Source: Octopus sinensis
Lineage: Eukaryota
Length of the DNA: 64,000 bases
Reading direction: 5' to 3'
Assembly: GCF_006345805.1 (NCBI RefSeq)
Contig: NC_042999.1
Coordinates: 29,078,001 to 29,142,000, forward strand
The position numbers and the translations under genes were made by a program. Positions within the stretch are counted from its first letter, which is position 1, and every line of letters begins with the position of its first letter. The notes beneath the pieces are model-generated. The model made no database searches, was not told where the DNA came from, and saw only the letters and a program-made list of their open reading frames with translations. Below, piece by piece: positions 27,600-40,819 of the stretch.

Positions 27600-28120
27600 G
27601 AACCTTTTCCTAAGACTAAAATAGCTATTCTTGTTAACGATCTATAAAAAATATTGTGTAGGTATGGCAGCACCCTCAAAGGCCCGCTTATTGGTGATAT
27701 GTCAGTTGTGAGAATTACCTGGTGAGTTTCAGGATTTGCCATTCGGAAAATGAGGCATCGTCAATGTTGAGCGATTTACCCAAGCGTATTAATGTGAGAA
27801 TCATGTCTCTCAGGATGAAATTCAGAGAATTATCTTTATGGGACAAGTATAAGTACACACGCACCGACTCTACAAAGAAGTGAAAATGCAAATATATACT
27901 CTCTGAAGCTTGAAATGAGTGTGTGCATTGTATAACCAAGTTTGACTTTAATGCTACAGATAACACCGAATTGAATACATGGAGATTTCTGGGAAAGTAT
28001 GGAGTTGGGAAAATGAACTGGTTTGTTACTCATTTAACTTTGCATCGAGACGGACTTACTTTGGACATTAATAACGTTTCGCTACAACAAAGTTGGATCG
28101 TCGATCCAAGCATTGGCATT
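27600..28120 (+). mobile_element. RTE-type LINE endonuclease relic
   Basis: Plus-strand fragments in changing frames read GFAIRK, LPKRINVRIMSLRM, FDFNA (a GDFNA motif) and TWRFLGKYGVGKMN. This is the characteristic order of RTE APE motifs. Confidence 0.65.
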
Positions 28121-29756
28121 TAATTGATTTTGCAATTGTTAGGCAAAGACATCTAAAAGTGTATTTAATGTGCATTCCTCAAAAGAAGCTCAGTATTGGT
28201 CAGATCACACACTAGATAAAGTAAAAAAGAAAATGATAGTACGTAATAAGCAAAGACGGTCTTACAAAAATAAAACCCATTTCGAAAGCATAGTATTGTA
28301 GGGAAGATTAATTATCTTGTTATGCATGATGTTTTAAAAGAACATCTTTCATAAATTAAGGATCTTCACGAGGAGAACCCCAAAATCTTGTATAAATTAT
28401 CCCTTCTAAAATTCTTAATTTTTCTTAAATCCCTGAAAATCGGGCTTGATTTGGTGAAAATAATATAGAGATAACTCTACATCTTGAGAGAGAAAACCAC
28501 TTGATGAGAATAATTCGTCCTATATTAAATGCAGAGATACAAGATTAGTTCATATGCGTTAAAGCAGAAGTAGAGAGAGCAATTTGAGATATAAAAATGA
28601 TTAGTTGTCGGATTCATCAAAATATACTCAGTCAGACAGTGTTGGCCTCTTTTACAAAATGTGTTTTTAAAGGGTATGGTCCTAAATTACACAAGTACAC
28701 GCAAGGAATGGAAAAACATACTTTACGTAAATAGAAGGGATTATAAAATAATTAAAGTAGCATTTTTTTTCTAATTTATAACAGAATTCTAATGTCCACG
28801 TTGAAATCATCGCCAATTTTTAGCAAATGCTAACTTTTGAATTATATATCTATTCAGTTGCAATGGTCCAAATCTCCATTAGTAAACATAGTCATAAAAA
28901 ACCACCAATCTAGATTATATTTTATATTTATGGTGTAACAAATAGGTGAGGTAAAGAATCTTCATAGTATTGTAGGAAGACATAACAGGTGGCAATATGA
29001 CGCAATTGTCATTTGCCCGCACAAACATAATTGTTGGTAATCACTTTGGTTAAAATTACTGCCTATATTTGAAATCTAATCTTTCGTGAAAGGAAATTCT
29101 TTCACGAAATGCGGTTTTAGAATTCAGATATGGGCAGTTATAAAAACCCTGATTTTGGGGCAATTAATCAGTGTTGGATGTTACTAAACTCTACGATACT
29201 CACTCATTGAGATATTGGCTATTTTTTGTCATGTCTATTATAAAAATCCAACAAGACTTGTTTGAATTGCTGTAGACTCTATTAGTTAGTATGAAGAATT
29301 AGCTAGTGTGAATTTTATGTCGTAATTCTCTACGACAAAATGACTTTGCTTTCCAGTTGTTCTATAACTGCTAATGGTAGAAAAATAAATTATGTAGTAA
29401 TTATTGTATCTTTCTTCACGTTATTCAAATTGTTAATGGAACTAATGTCTGCAATTCTGAAACTGTGTTACTTCTTATAGGCGGTTTGATTACTGTTTGT
29501 GTAACACTACATTCATATGACTTTCTATAGTCGCAGACGATATTCTCGTTGCTAGTGGTCGTGTGTGTATATATACATGTGTGTATACGTGTATGCATGT
29601 GAGTGTGTGCATGTATACATATATGTGTATGTGTAGATATGTATATGTATGTGTAAGTGTATATATATGTATATATGTGTGTGTGTATGTATGTGTGTAT
29701 GTATATGTATATATGTTTGTATGTGTGTGTATATATGTATACATATGTGCATAGGT

Positions 29757-30045
29757 ATAAGTGAGAATCTCCTTATTTACCTAAAACTCTATTCCCTTTT
29801 TTATATATATATATATATTTTTTTATTTTTTTTATTTATTCTTCTATCTAATTTAACACTGACTCCTTGACCACTCCCCCAAGTATGATATTTTGCGCTA
29901 TGCCTACCCCCAAAAAGTCCCCCACCAACACCCCTTTAAACCTGCCTAAATGTATAAATGCCAATACAATTCTTGTTAACTAGCTTCCTGAAGATTTCTC
30001 TTGAATGAAACAGTTCTAGTCCTGTAGAAGCTCCTTCTATATAAT
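29757..30045 (+). mobile_element. HHR-bearing repeat module, copy A (probably a PLE terminus)
   Basis: A diverged direct copy of 31486-31750, sharing CTTATTTACCTAAAACTCTATT, TTGACCACTCCCC, CTGCCTAAATGTATAAATGCCAA and the HHR. Confidence 0.75.
29982..30032 (+). ncRNA. Type I hammerhead ribozyme motif, copy A
   Basis: AGCTTC-CTGAAGA-TTTC.TCTT.GAAT-GAA-ACAG.TTCTAGTC.CTGT-A-GAAGCT. Stem I is 6 bp, stem III is 4 bp, the triplet is GUA (A30026) and 10.1-11.1 is U.U. Confidence 0.75.
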
Positions 30046-30061
30046 AAATATATATATATAT

Positions 30062-30393
30062 ATGTAGGTCCCGGGTTGAGTCGGGGTTAACCACAGTAAA
30101 TAAGGTACTCAATACATAGCAGAGTAAATTAATTTATTTTATAGAAGGAGCTTCTGCAGGACTAGAACTGTTTCATTCAAATGAAATCTTCAGGAAGGTT
30201 GCTGTCAAAATCAATTTTGGCATTTATACATTTAGGCAGATTTAATGGGGTGAGGTGGGGGACTTTTTTGGGTAAGCCGGGCACAAACTGTCTTTCTTAG
30301 GGGAGTGGTCAAAAGAATCAGTGATAAAGTAGATGAATGAATAAATAGAATAATAGAATAGAGTTTTAGGTAAATAAGAAGACTATCGCTTAT
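30062..30393 (-). mobile_element. HHR-bearing repeat module, copy B (inverted, with extra 3' tail)
   Basis: Reverse complement of copy C at about 97% identity by eye. It extends 3' to ...CCCCGACTCAACCCGGGACCTAC. Confidence 0.8.
30149..30199 (-). ncRNA. Hammerhead copy B, probably inactive (U16.1 to C)
   Basis: The reverse complement reads ACCTTC-CTGAAGA-TTTCATTTGAAT-GAA-ACAG.TTCTAGTC.CTGC-A-GAAGCT. The triplet is GCA instead of GUA, and stem I has one mismatch. Confidence 0.6.
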
Positions 30394-30415
30394 ATATATA
30401 TATATATACATACAT

Positions 30416-30462
<47 letters not shown>

Positions 30463-30607
30463 CATAATCATACATACACACACACATATATACATACACA
30501 CATATACATATATATACAAATACACATACACATACATGCCAACATGCAAGCACACGCACACATATATTTACACACATATATATATATGAATATACATACA
30601 CACCCAT

Positions 30608-30671
<64 letters not shown>

Positions 30672-31453
30672 ACATGCACATATATACACACACATTTCCT
30701 CCCTTATTTTATTTTTAATTTTATTTTTATTTGACCACTTCAGAGTCATAAAAGGTATAATATATGACCTACCTACCCGCCGACACACATTTAGTGGCGC
30801 TGGAGTAGACCCTCCCCAGGGTGCCAGCAAGCCTAAATGAAATACATTTACCGCCCCTCTCCCTTCCTTTCTATCTCTTTTCCTACGGATACAAACGCAA
30901 ACACTCACACACACACACAATCACACGCACACTTATACACATACACAAACACACATGTGCTCTCGCTCATTTCCTTCTCATCCACTCATACTTATGTATG
31001 TATCTCTCTCTACACAAGCACACACACATATATATATATATACATATATATGTATATATGCATACACATACATATACACACACAAGTACACATATTCATA
31101 CATACATAAATGTACCCAATTTCACATAAACGTATACGTAACTATATACACACAACAAAAAACGCATATATAAATGTACTTCAGTACACATAAACACACA
31201 TAAACATCTGTGTGTATATATGTGCATGTATACATATATATATATAGATATATATATATAGATATATATATATATATATGTGTGTGCATGGGTGTGTATA
31301 TATATATTTTTTATATATATGTGTAGATATATGTGTGCGTGTGCTTGCATGTTGGCATGTATGTGTATGTGTATTGTTATATATATATGTATATGTGTGT
31401 ATGTATGATTATGTGTATACATATATATATGTGTGTGTATATGTATGTGTATG

Positions 31454-31485
<32 letters not shown>

Positions 31486-31489
<4 letters not shown>

Positions 31490-31749
31490 CGATAGTCTTC
31501 TTATTTACCTAAAACTCTATTCTATTATTCTATTTATTCATTCATCTACTTTATCACTGATTCTTTTGACCACTCCCCTAAGAAAGACAGTTTGTGCCCT
31601 GCTTACCCAAAAGAGTCCCCCACGACCACCCCATTAAATCTGCCTAAATGTATAAATGCCAAAACTGATTTTGACAGCAAGCTTCCTGAAGATTTCATTT
31701 GAATGAAACAGTTCTAGTCCTGTAGAAGCTCCTTCTATAAAATAAATAA

Positions 31750-31750
<1 letters not shown>
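31486..31750 (+). mobile_element. HHR-bearing repeat module, copy C
   Basis: Homologous to copies A and B, and flanked by TA-rich microsatellites on both sides. Confidence 0.8.
31680..31730 (+). ncRNA. Type I hammerhead ribozyme motif, copy C
   Basis: AGCTTC-CTGAAGA(31686-31692)-TTTC.ATTT.GAAT-GAA-ACAG.TTCTAGTC.CTGT-A(31724)-GAAGCT. Confidence 0.75.
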
Positions 31751-31786
<36 letters not shown>

Positions 31787-32328
31787 TACACACACATATG
31801 TATATATGCATATGTATATGCATATTACGTGCTTGATATAGAAAGTATCCCTGAAGAAAGGAAAATAGAGGCTGGTGTTACTATATATTTTTATTTTCCC
31901 TGTAATTGTATTTTGTTACTCTGAGTAAGTCCCTTCTGTAAATATATATAAATATCTATAGGTTTTATGCCTGAATGTTCATCGTCGAAATATTTTCAGT
32001 TATAATTTTTGTCTCTTTATTCCATGTTCATATGCATGTATATTTTATATATCTAACCGATGCAGATTTATTTGTTTCTTTCCGTCAATATGCATCATTA
32101 TCTCCAAATGCACTTACCTGGATTACTCGTTTATCAACTCTCTCATTAAGGGCGTTAGTCCTTGGAAAAGATATCGGAGTTTAAGTTAGAAACATTTGAC
32201 ACTCTCAAGTCTTTTCTATACTGAGCATCTCCTGATCTTATTTGTTGGATACATATATGTGTGTGGATTGAAGCACGAGTGCGCGCGCGAGCGTTTGGAT
32301 GCAAACATACATATATATATACATATAT

Positions 32329-32371
<43 letters not shown>

Positions 32372-32430
32372 CGGAATATTTTAAAGAAACACTCATTATC
32401 TCTATGGGCTCCGTGTGGCAGTCATCTAAA

Positions 32431-32529
32431 AATTTTTTTGCATCTTGATGAGAAGGCGGCATAAGGCACCCCTTAATTCTTTCGAAATTAGGAATATGCA
32501 GCCTTCGAAACATACGTCGAAAATAAAAT
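32431..32529 (+). ncRNA. Candidate hammerhead ribozyme with long stem II, copy 1
   Basis: TTGATGA(32445-32451)-GAAGGC.G.GCATA...TATGC.A.GCCTTC-GAA-AC.ATAC.GT-C(32518). The core is U3 instead of C3. Stem I is weak (TC/GA, then a T-rich/A-rich extension after a GCA bulge). Confidence 0.5.
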
Positions 32530-32622
32530 GAAGGAATTTTATTAATTCGTCGTTCAACTCCATTCTTTCATTTATTTGTATATATATATATATATATAAT
32601 ATATATATATATAATAATATAT

Positions 32623-32706
<84 letters not shown>

Positions 32707-32766
32707 CGGAATATTTTAAAGAAACACTCATTATCTCTATGGGCTCCGTGTGGCCAGTCATCTAAA

Positions 32767-32865
32767 AATTTTTTTGCATCTTGATGAGAAGGCGGCATAA
32801 GGCACCCCTTAATTCTTTCGAAATTAGGAATATGCAGCCTTCGAAACATACGTCGAAAATAAAAT
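32767..32865 (+). ncRNA. Candidate hammerhead ribozyme with long stem II, copy 2
   Basis: Identical motif, with TTGATGA at 32781-32787 and GAAACATACGTC at 32843-32854. Confidence 0.5.
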
Positions 32866-32944
32866 AAAGGAATTTTATTAATTCGTCGTTCAACTCCATT
32901 CTTTCATTTATTTGTATATATATATATTATATATATATATATAT

Positions 32945-33524
<580 letters not shown>

Positions 33525-33606
33525 TATATACATATTTTAATCTTCGGATTCTTTTTAATATGCTAGTCCACTGGATTTAATTAACTAATATCAATTTCTA
33601 CCCTTA

Positions 33607-33731
<125 letters not shown>

Positions 33732-34820
33732 GTAGAGAGAGAGAGGGAGAGAGAGAGTGACTGATCGATATTTTAGGAATTGACTTCTCAAGAATATGAC
33801 AAATATAAATGCTGTTTCAAATTTATTTCATTGTATATAATATATATTCAATTTATTAACGTTTAATATCATCATTTGTATTCATTTCCATGTTTGAGCC
33901 CATATCCACACACGCCGGTATAATCATTGAAATACCTCCCCTATGTCGCCCTGTACCTTGATTATAGGACACGCATTCTTTGATTCTGTTGATTTCTACA
34001 GACAAATGTCCAACTTCACATATGGTTTGCGATGATATATTGGATTATATCGTGCTGGCATTGGACCTTCAGTATTGTTTCCACCAACGGAATGTTAAGC
34101 TGTAAATTCTTTCGAAACTGAAATTGAATTCGGAATACATATAACTAAGAAGTGTAAACTAATTTTATTTGTCATCGTATATATGTTTTTGATATTTTCA
34201 AAATTTAGATTATACTTTCTCTACTAGGTGCACCTAAATACCATTCACAAATATTGCATCGAATTAGTCAACCTATTGTTTAAATATACTTAACTTTTGT
34301 ATATTATTCTATGAATTATTCAAAGATATCTTCGTAGACAGGGAATATATTCTTCAACATTAATTTTGAAATTTTAACAAAAACTTTTCTACTCTATTCT
34401 CTTTCGGGGAAAATGTTTCCACAATTACAGAGGATAAATTTCGTTTAGAAATATTATTTTCGAATGATATTTATTTTATACCCTCTTCTAGAAATGTGTA
34501 CAATAATATATTTATTTCAATGTAAATTATTTAGACTACAATAATTTTGACAGCTTAAGGCCTTCAAATGAAGTAAACATTATGAAAAAAAAAATTTTAA
34601 TATGAAGTAGTGATTGTATTTTCTTTGTGTTTATGTTCTCTATCTTCGGGAGATTTACTTCTTACGTTTCCAAATATTTCAACAAAGATTTATAATCGTA
34701 ATATACCTTTGTGAAAGAAAGAGTTAAATTTTAGCAGATTATTTATTGTAAAGAAATTCATTGCCGATATAACACACACATATATATATATATATATACA
34801 TACACACACACACACACACA

Positions 34821-34856
<36 letters not shown>

Positions 34857-34899
34857 TATATTGGCAGAGCTGTAGCCATGCTGAGGCACCGCTGCTTTG

Positions 34900-35880
34900 C
34901 CACACTGTTTTTATTGAGAGCCTCCTTTAATCTGTGACATTTGCAGAATAATGAGTTTGATGTCGCTACCCTCGTTTGTACATCTTGCTGCAAAGTAGGT
35001 TTATCTGAGACTCTCGACAAGAAGAGGTCCAGTTTTGATATGCAAATACCTACATCCACTTTATGTAGAACTCTCAGACTCTTTGGGAGAATATTAAATG
35101 ACGATGTAATATATCGTAACTGCCTCGCTGGTTATAGGTGAAGTGGCAAAGGAATCCAATGGTTCGTTCACCTTTCTGCGTTCCAGTGGGGGTGGTAAAA
35201 AACACTTTCAATTGGTCATTCAGTATCACACTGATTCTGGTTGGACTATATGTGAGGGAGCCTTCTTTTTGAAAGAGGGTCCTATTTTGCATAGTACTGA
35301 GGCTATTACGTTAGCATGATGAAAGAAGGCCTTGGACTTCACTTAATGTTTTTATAACCCAGGCTTCTTTGACTACTCCCTCCTTCCCATAGGATTGTTA
35401 CAAGTTTTTTTCAATCCCTATCAGTGCTGATTTTTAGGCGAGGCCTTTCACTAATTTTGGAATGTTGGTTCAAGTGATTTTCAAATTTCGCCCGTCATCA
35501 CCTGAGGATCTTCCTCTCCCTTGTAATCTTGTTCCATTTTTGTGTTGCCCTTGTGCTCTGGGACATATTTCTTGCTTACATAACAGACATGAATTATTGT
35601 AGTTTCATGCCAATATCTTATCTTGAGAGACATGTTGGCCAGTCCTATTGGAGGATATCTTTTTGGATCAATTTCCAGTCTGCTTTGTGGAAGTTCAGAT
35701 TAGAGATATTTTGGGTGCTTTTATTATGTTGTGATCCGAAACTAATGTCGACATCACTCGCATACCATGCCCAATGTCCATATTGATTGTACAGCAGAGA
35801 TCTACAATTGTATGAATCCTAGTTTGTCTCAGCAGAACCTGCTCCATGAATATGGCAATTTCAAAACTCTGCTCGCAATA
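34900..35880 (-). mobile_element. CR1-type LINE relic (end of endonuclease + linker)
   Basis: Minus-strand pieces read SDHNII, NFHKADW, KEAWVIKNIK and IGPLFQKEGSLTYSPTRISVILNDQLKVFFTTP. Confidence 0.65.
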
Positions 35881-37627
35881 ACAAGTGAATTGACATCAGT
35901 ATATTATAAGTATACATTTTATAAATCTGAAATTATGATGTCAAAAGTAATGTAAAATTTGTATCGATGTCATTAGACCCGTTTTCGAGAGCAACGAGAA
36001 CAATGGTCAACAATGTCAACACATACTGCAACTGAAAAAAGAAAATCGCATGTTACGAAATTGAGCACTTATTTTGTTCAGCACTGAATTCATCTTTAGT
36101 GAGATTAAGTGAAATAAGTTTGGATGTTTGCGTTCTATGTTCAAATAATACTAACTAATTATTTCTCGATTCTTCCATTTGCATTTCGTACATATATTAC
36201 CGTTCCGGATAAGGAGAGTGGTACAAAAGCTAAATCCGTTGAGAGGATGCGATGCTATACCAGTTTTAACGCAATGTTTTCTGACTGTCTTTTCAGCGAT
36301 AACTCCAGCACAAAGCTTGTACTTATGAAACACCAATGATATGAAGAAATAAAAATGGAACCTTTGTTTGCTTTCGCAGTTTCTGGTTTTCTGTATAAGC
36401 ATGAAGACGTGATTACTCGTTCTTCTGAAACATACAAATGCTCTGGCCTCCACTGCTGTATGGTTTCACGATACTTGGTAATATTAGATTAGTTCATACT
36501 TCCAGCAAGTTCTATGTAAACGTCCTTAATAACCACGCACATTCTATATATAATGTATGCGCATTCTATATATAATATGTGTATGCGTATGTGTACGTGT
36601 GTTCTGGTGTGTGTGTGTGTGTGTGTGTATGTTTATATTTCTATGCTTTTGTGCTTTTTCGTTAAATAGAAGACTGCGACAACAAGGAGACCGCTTATTT
36701 AAAATTAGTATTGCTTTATCGAAATAATCACGAAGTTGAAGCGAAATATTCATATAAATACCATTTTTCGCCCATTGAAAATACTAAAGAATTAACATTT
36801 CACTTGACTTGTGTTATTTCTTTTAATCTGTTCTTGCCTCTACTTCTTCATAGTGCATTGCATATGTATAGTTCTTTTCATCTCCAAATATCAGATTCGA
36901 CTATAAAAACTATTGCTTCTAGTCAGCAAATTATGAAATTTGTGATTACTGCATTGGCACTTTCAGATATTTTTCGATATATTTCATTATACTGTGCACA
37001 AATAGCATTTCGTATATAATAAAACTATTCGAAATGGAGACTTTTAACCGTTTCAACAAGTAAAAGCATTTTGTGATTTCACATCTAAAAGTTTGAAATT
37101 AAATTATATCATTGGCTGGTAATAATTCGCTATGTGATAAACTTTTAATGCTTAATAAAATCAGAAATTCTAAGTAAGAAATCTGTTGAAAGCAGAGCAC
37201 ATTTTTTCATCGATCCTACATATTACGTCACAGTAAACATTTACTCGAATGTACAAATGCCTATGTATTATATTTATATTAGTTATAACAATATTTCTCT
37301 TTATACTGACTCGCAATATAATTGTTTGGTATATATCGGCCGTATTATTTGCTAAATATTCTACTTGTCATTGAAGCTTGTTTTACAAGGACAAATTCTA
37401 CAAAACTAAACGTTTCCAATTTTCTATGCGAATGTACTAATAAGTTTTTATATAAGTATCATAAATAGAATCACTTTCTATCAACGCCATATAGAGCGGT
37501 ACTTCAAACTTTAATATTGCAAATGTAAATTTTCATCTGTATACTCTGGGGAGGAGATAACTCAATTACATCAACCCGAGTTTTCAACTCATATTTTCCT
37601 TATATACTTTGAAGAGATGAAAAGCGA

Positions 37628-37712
37628 GGCCACCCTCAGCGGAATTTGAACTCAGAATATAAATACGGACGGAATGCCTCGCAGCATTTTGCTGGGTTTG
37701 CTAACGGTTCTA
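37628..37712 (-). mobile_element. SINE family 2, 5' fragment
   Basis: The reverse complement GGTAGAACCGTTAGCAAACCCAGCAAAATGC...CTGAGTTCAAATTCCGCTGAGG matches the 18196 and 56424 copies. Confidence 0.6.
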
Positions 37713-37719
37713 CCAATGC

Positions 37720-37720
<1 letters not shown>

Positions 37721-37813
<93 letters not shown>

Positions 37814-37837
37814 GATAATAATGATAATGATAATAAT
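37721..37837. repeat. (TAA)n/(TGATAA)n microsatellite
   Basis: Direct reading of the sequence. Confidence 0.95.
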
Positions 37838-39280
37838 ACAAAGAGGTATTTGAAGGGGACGGCATCAAACATTCAGTGATGTGGAAAAGGATGAAAAGAG
37901 AATGTTAGTGCAGGGTAAGGATAATACTCAGGACAGACGAATACAAGAAACGGGATCGAAACGATCAATACTTTAGCTTTACCGGACGTGACTTACAGTT
38001 TCAATATCATTAACTGGTAAATTACTGATGGGAAAGTCCGAAAACTTTTGACAGCATATAGAATACACCACCCTCAGGCAGATATAGAACGACTTTATCT
38101 ACCAAGAAAATAGGTAGCCATGAACTTTTACATATGGAATTAGCAATGAAGATTGCTACAATTGACCTAAATACCTACCTGAAAATCTCTGTGAACTGGA
38201 TGCTAAAACTTATCTTAAATCATAATAACAAGAAAGTGTCATACTCAGTAAGGAAACATGCACAGGAATATCTAAGTGAATTCCGAATACAACAAATCCC
38301 AGAATTAGACGTACTAGAAAGAAGCACAGAAAAAGCTAAGTGTATGAAAACCCGTGTTAAAAATACTTAGATATTTTTACTGATAAAGGGCAAGAAAAAA
38401 CCCCTCTATGGCGAATATCCAAAGAGAGCTAAGTGTGCCGAAGTTGACAAAGCACTTACCCATCAAGTATTAATGTCTTCTGGCATAAAAGGAGAAATAT
38501 AAGGGTTTATAATAGCAGCCCAAGATCAATGCCTACATACACGGAACTACCAGGTCCACATATTAAAGGACGGCAGTCGCCAAGCATGTCACGTTGTCTC
38601 CATGTGCAGTCATTTTGCGCATAAAAAGTATCTCGGCATGCATGATAGAGCAGCACAATATATTCACTGAGTAATTTGTAAAAACATGGACCTGCTCTAT
38701 GATAAAAAAAAACTTGGGGGAACACAAACCATCTCCAGAGCTTCTCCATTGAAACAGACAGAAAGAATGATGCAAACGTGTCAGATTTTATATTGAAAAA
38801 CTGCAGACAAATATTATGTCTCCTTATTGATATGACTGTACCAGCCGACATAAATGTATCGGTCAAAACCCACCAAATACTGAGCAAGTATAAAGATCTT
38901 GAAATAGAAATTGGAAAAATCTGGAACATCAAGACTAAAACTATACCTGTTGTCAGACTAAAACTATACCCTAGGAATGATAGCAGAAGTGGCCGATTCC
39001 TACCTAGCTCAGATAACAGGAAATCCCTAAATGGCAGAAATTCAAAAGTTATTTCTCATGGGAACTGCACATATCCTACGTAAAATACTGTCTATGTAAT
39101 CTCAAATTTTGAAACAAACTCATAATGTTCTTATGTTTTCTTAAACATTCTCTATAACAATACTATGAGAAAAACTAAATATATGACACCCTAGGCATAA
39201 TACCAGCATGAATGTCTAAACTTGTTTCTCTTGCGGTCTCTGGATAAGACTTGGAGTCAATTTGTACTAATACAAATCAA
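37838..39280 (+). mobile_element. Dong/R4-type fragment (RT thumb to 3' UTR)
   Basis: Pieces read EGDGIKHS, INTLALPDVTYSFNIINW, HHPQADIERLYLPRK, IAAQDQCL and CLLIDMTVPADINVSVKTHQILSKYKDLEIEIGKIWNIKTKTIPVV. It starts directly after the TAA tract. Confidence 0.8.
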
Positions 39281-39919
39281 ATGTCCGACATATAACAAAA
39301 GGAATATTTAAAAAATTGTAATAATAGACATGACGATAATAGATCAAGAAAAACGAAAATTATTGATAAGGGAAACCGAAGTAGCTTATCGACACATGAT
39401 ACTCGTTTGATTCCACGATCGTCAAGAAATTGGGAATAAAAAAATACAATCCATAAAAATTTAAAATACGACGAATTTGGATCAAGCAAACAATAAAGGA
39501 CATGCTTATAATAATTGGTGCAACAAAAAAGAATATCATGGTGCTGACAAGAGAGAGCGTGAGGAAGTGGGATTGGATGACGTTGAAGAGCGGAAATGAG
39601 AAGCAATAGGAACAGAAGATTTAAGATATGTTTTTACGAAGTCTCAGTAACGGAAATCATTTGGACTAGACCGGATTCCTAATTTCTGGCTGAAATATTT
39701 TATAGAAGTACACTAAAATTTCCCTGCATCTCTAATTGATGTCATCTTGAGCAAAGGCCTGCATGCCTCACTGTAGGATCATCACACTTTCTACCAAAAA
39801 ATGAAGATACAAAACATCCAAAGAAGTTCCGACCTATAACATGTCGCAACACCACCTGCTTATCGATACTACCTCATAATTATGCTACCTGCTTTCCTTG
39901 AGCAGAGCTGCATCCTTCC

Positions 39920-40730
39920 ACAAGCTCAAAAAGGTTGTGAAAGTAATTTTAGGGGTGTAAACCTCAATTCGTCATAAATACAAAGATCGCAGAGAATTGA
40001 CGATACAAAAAAGTAGATCCTGAGCAAAGCATTGATAAACTGAAGGAAAGCATTTGATAGTGTCCCATATATTAGGCTACTCAAGGGCCCTGAGATATAC
40101 AAGCTCTCCCCTGTCGTGTACAGATTCTGACATTGTAGCACGGCCAAGTGGAACACACGTCTTCTAAAACATAGTAATGGAATGAACCATCAAACGAGAC
40201 ATCTTTGAAGGGGACTACCTCTCCCCAGAAAACCTTTGTATGGCACTGATTCCACTCGCAAACAAACTGTAAAACAGTACAGCAATACTATCGGGATGGA
40301 TTTTGGCCATCAAAAGCAAATTTTGTAAGAGGTAATCTCAGACAAACAGCTTCCATTGAATTAGTTATTGTCTCTTCCGTCAAGGAGCTTCGTCCACAAG
40401 AAAGATATAAATACCTGAGTATAAACGTAGATGGCATACAACATGGGACTATTAAGGAAGAAATAAAAAAAAGGAGTATTACGAGAGAATAAAACATACT
40501 GAAATCTGAACTCAACTCGAAACATCGATGTCACTAACACCCTTGCACTACCATGTCATCCAATACAGATTTGACCTCCTTAACTGGAATCTTACAAGGA
40601 TCCGACAAGAAAACTACTGACATCTAAGCAGACGTCGATTGTCTGTACCTACCTAGAAGTTGTGGGAGAAGAGGAAGGATGCGGGTAGAACTGTTCTATA
40701 AGAGCCTAAAATAGCAAGGAAGCGATAATT
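39920..40730 (+). mobile_element. Dong/R4-type RT fragment with internal deletions
   Basis: Pieces read KAFDSVP and KANFVRGNLRQTASIEL...KELRPQERYKYL...DGIQHGTIKEEI, matching the 23738-24229 ORF. Confidence 0.7.
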
Positions 40731-40819
40731 ATCTAGTACAAAAGACTAGATACTACAATGTGGGAAGACAAGCCCATCATTGAACCATCTTCTGTTTACT
40801 GGTGGCCTGAAGTTTCTTG

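Larger units (their letters stand above)
30136..31745. repeat. Inverted repeat: arms about 30136-30693 and 31207-31745, spacer about 510 bp
   Basis: Both the unique module and the adjacent compound microsatellite are mirrored (e.g. CATACATGCCAACATGCAAGCACACGCAC at about 30531 versus its reverse complement at about 31335). Confidence 0.9.
32370..32916 (+). repeat. Tandem duplication of an about 210 bp HHR-bearing unit separated by (TA)n, period 335-336 bp
   Basis: 32370-32580 and 32705-32916 are nearly identical, with about 3 differences. Confidence 0.9.

Noticed and set aside
27545-28033. Overlapping minus-strand ORFs with plausible splice sites, suggesting a host gene
   Set aside because: The plus strand carries RTE endonuclease motifs in the right order, so the minus ORFs are antisense shadows.
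29082-29109. 11-bp perfect hairpin TTTCGTGAAAG/CTTTCACGAAA
   Set aside because: It is too short to interpret in AT-rich eukaryotic DNA and has no supporting context.
36124-36480. GC-richer patch with several 60-100 aa ORFs and possible splice sites
   Set aside because: There is no recognisable domain, the strands conflict, and the signals are weak.
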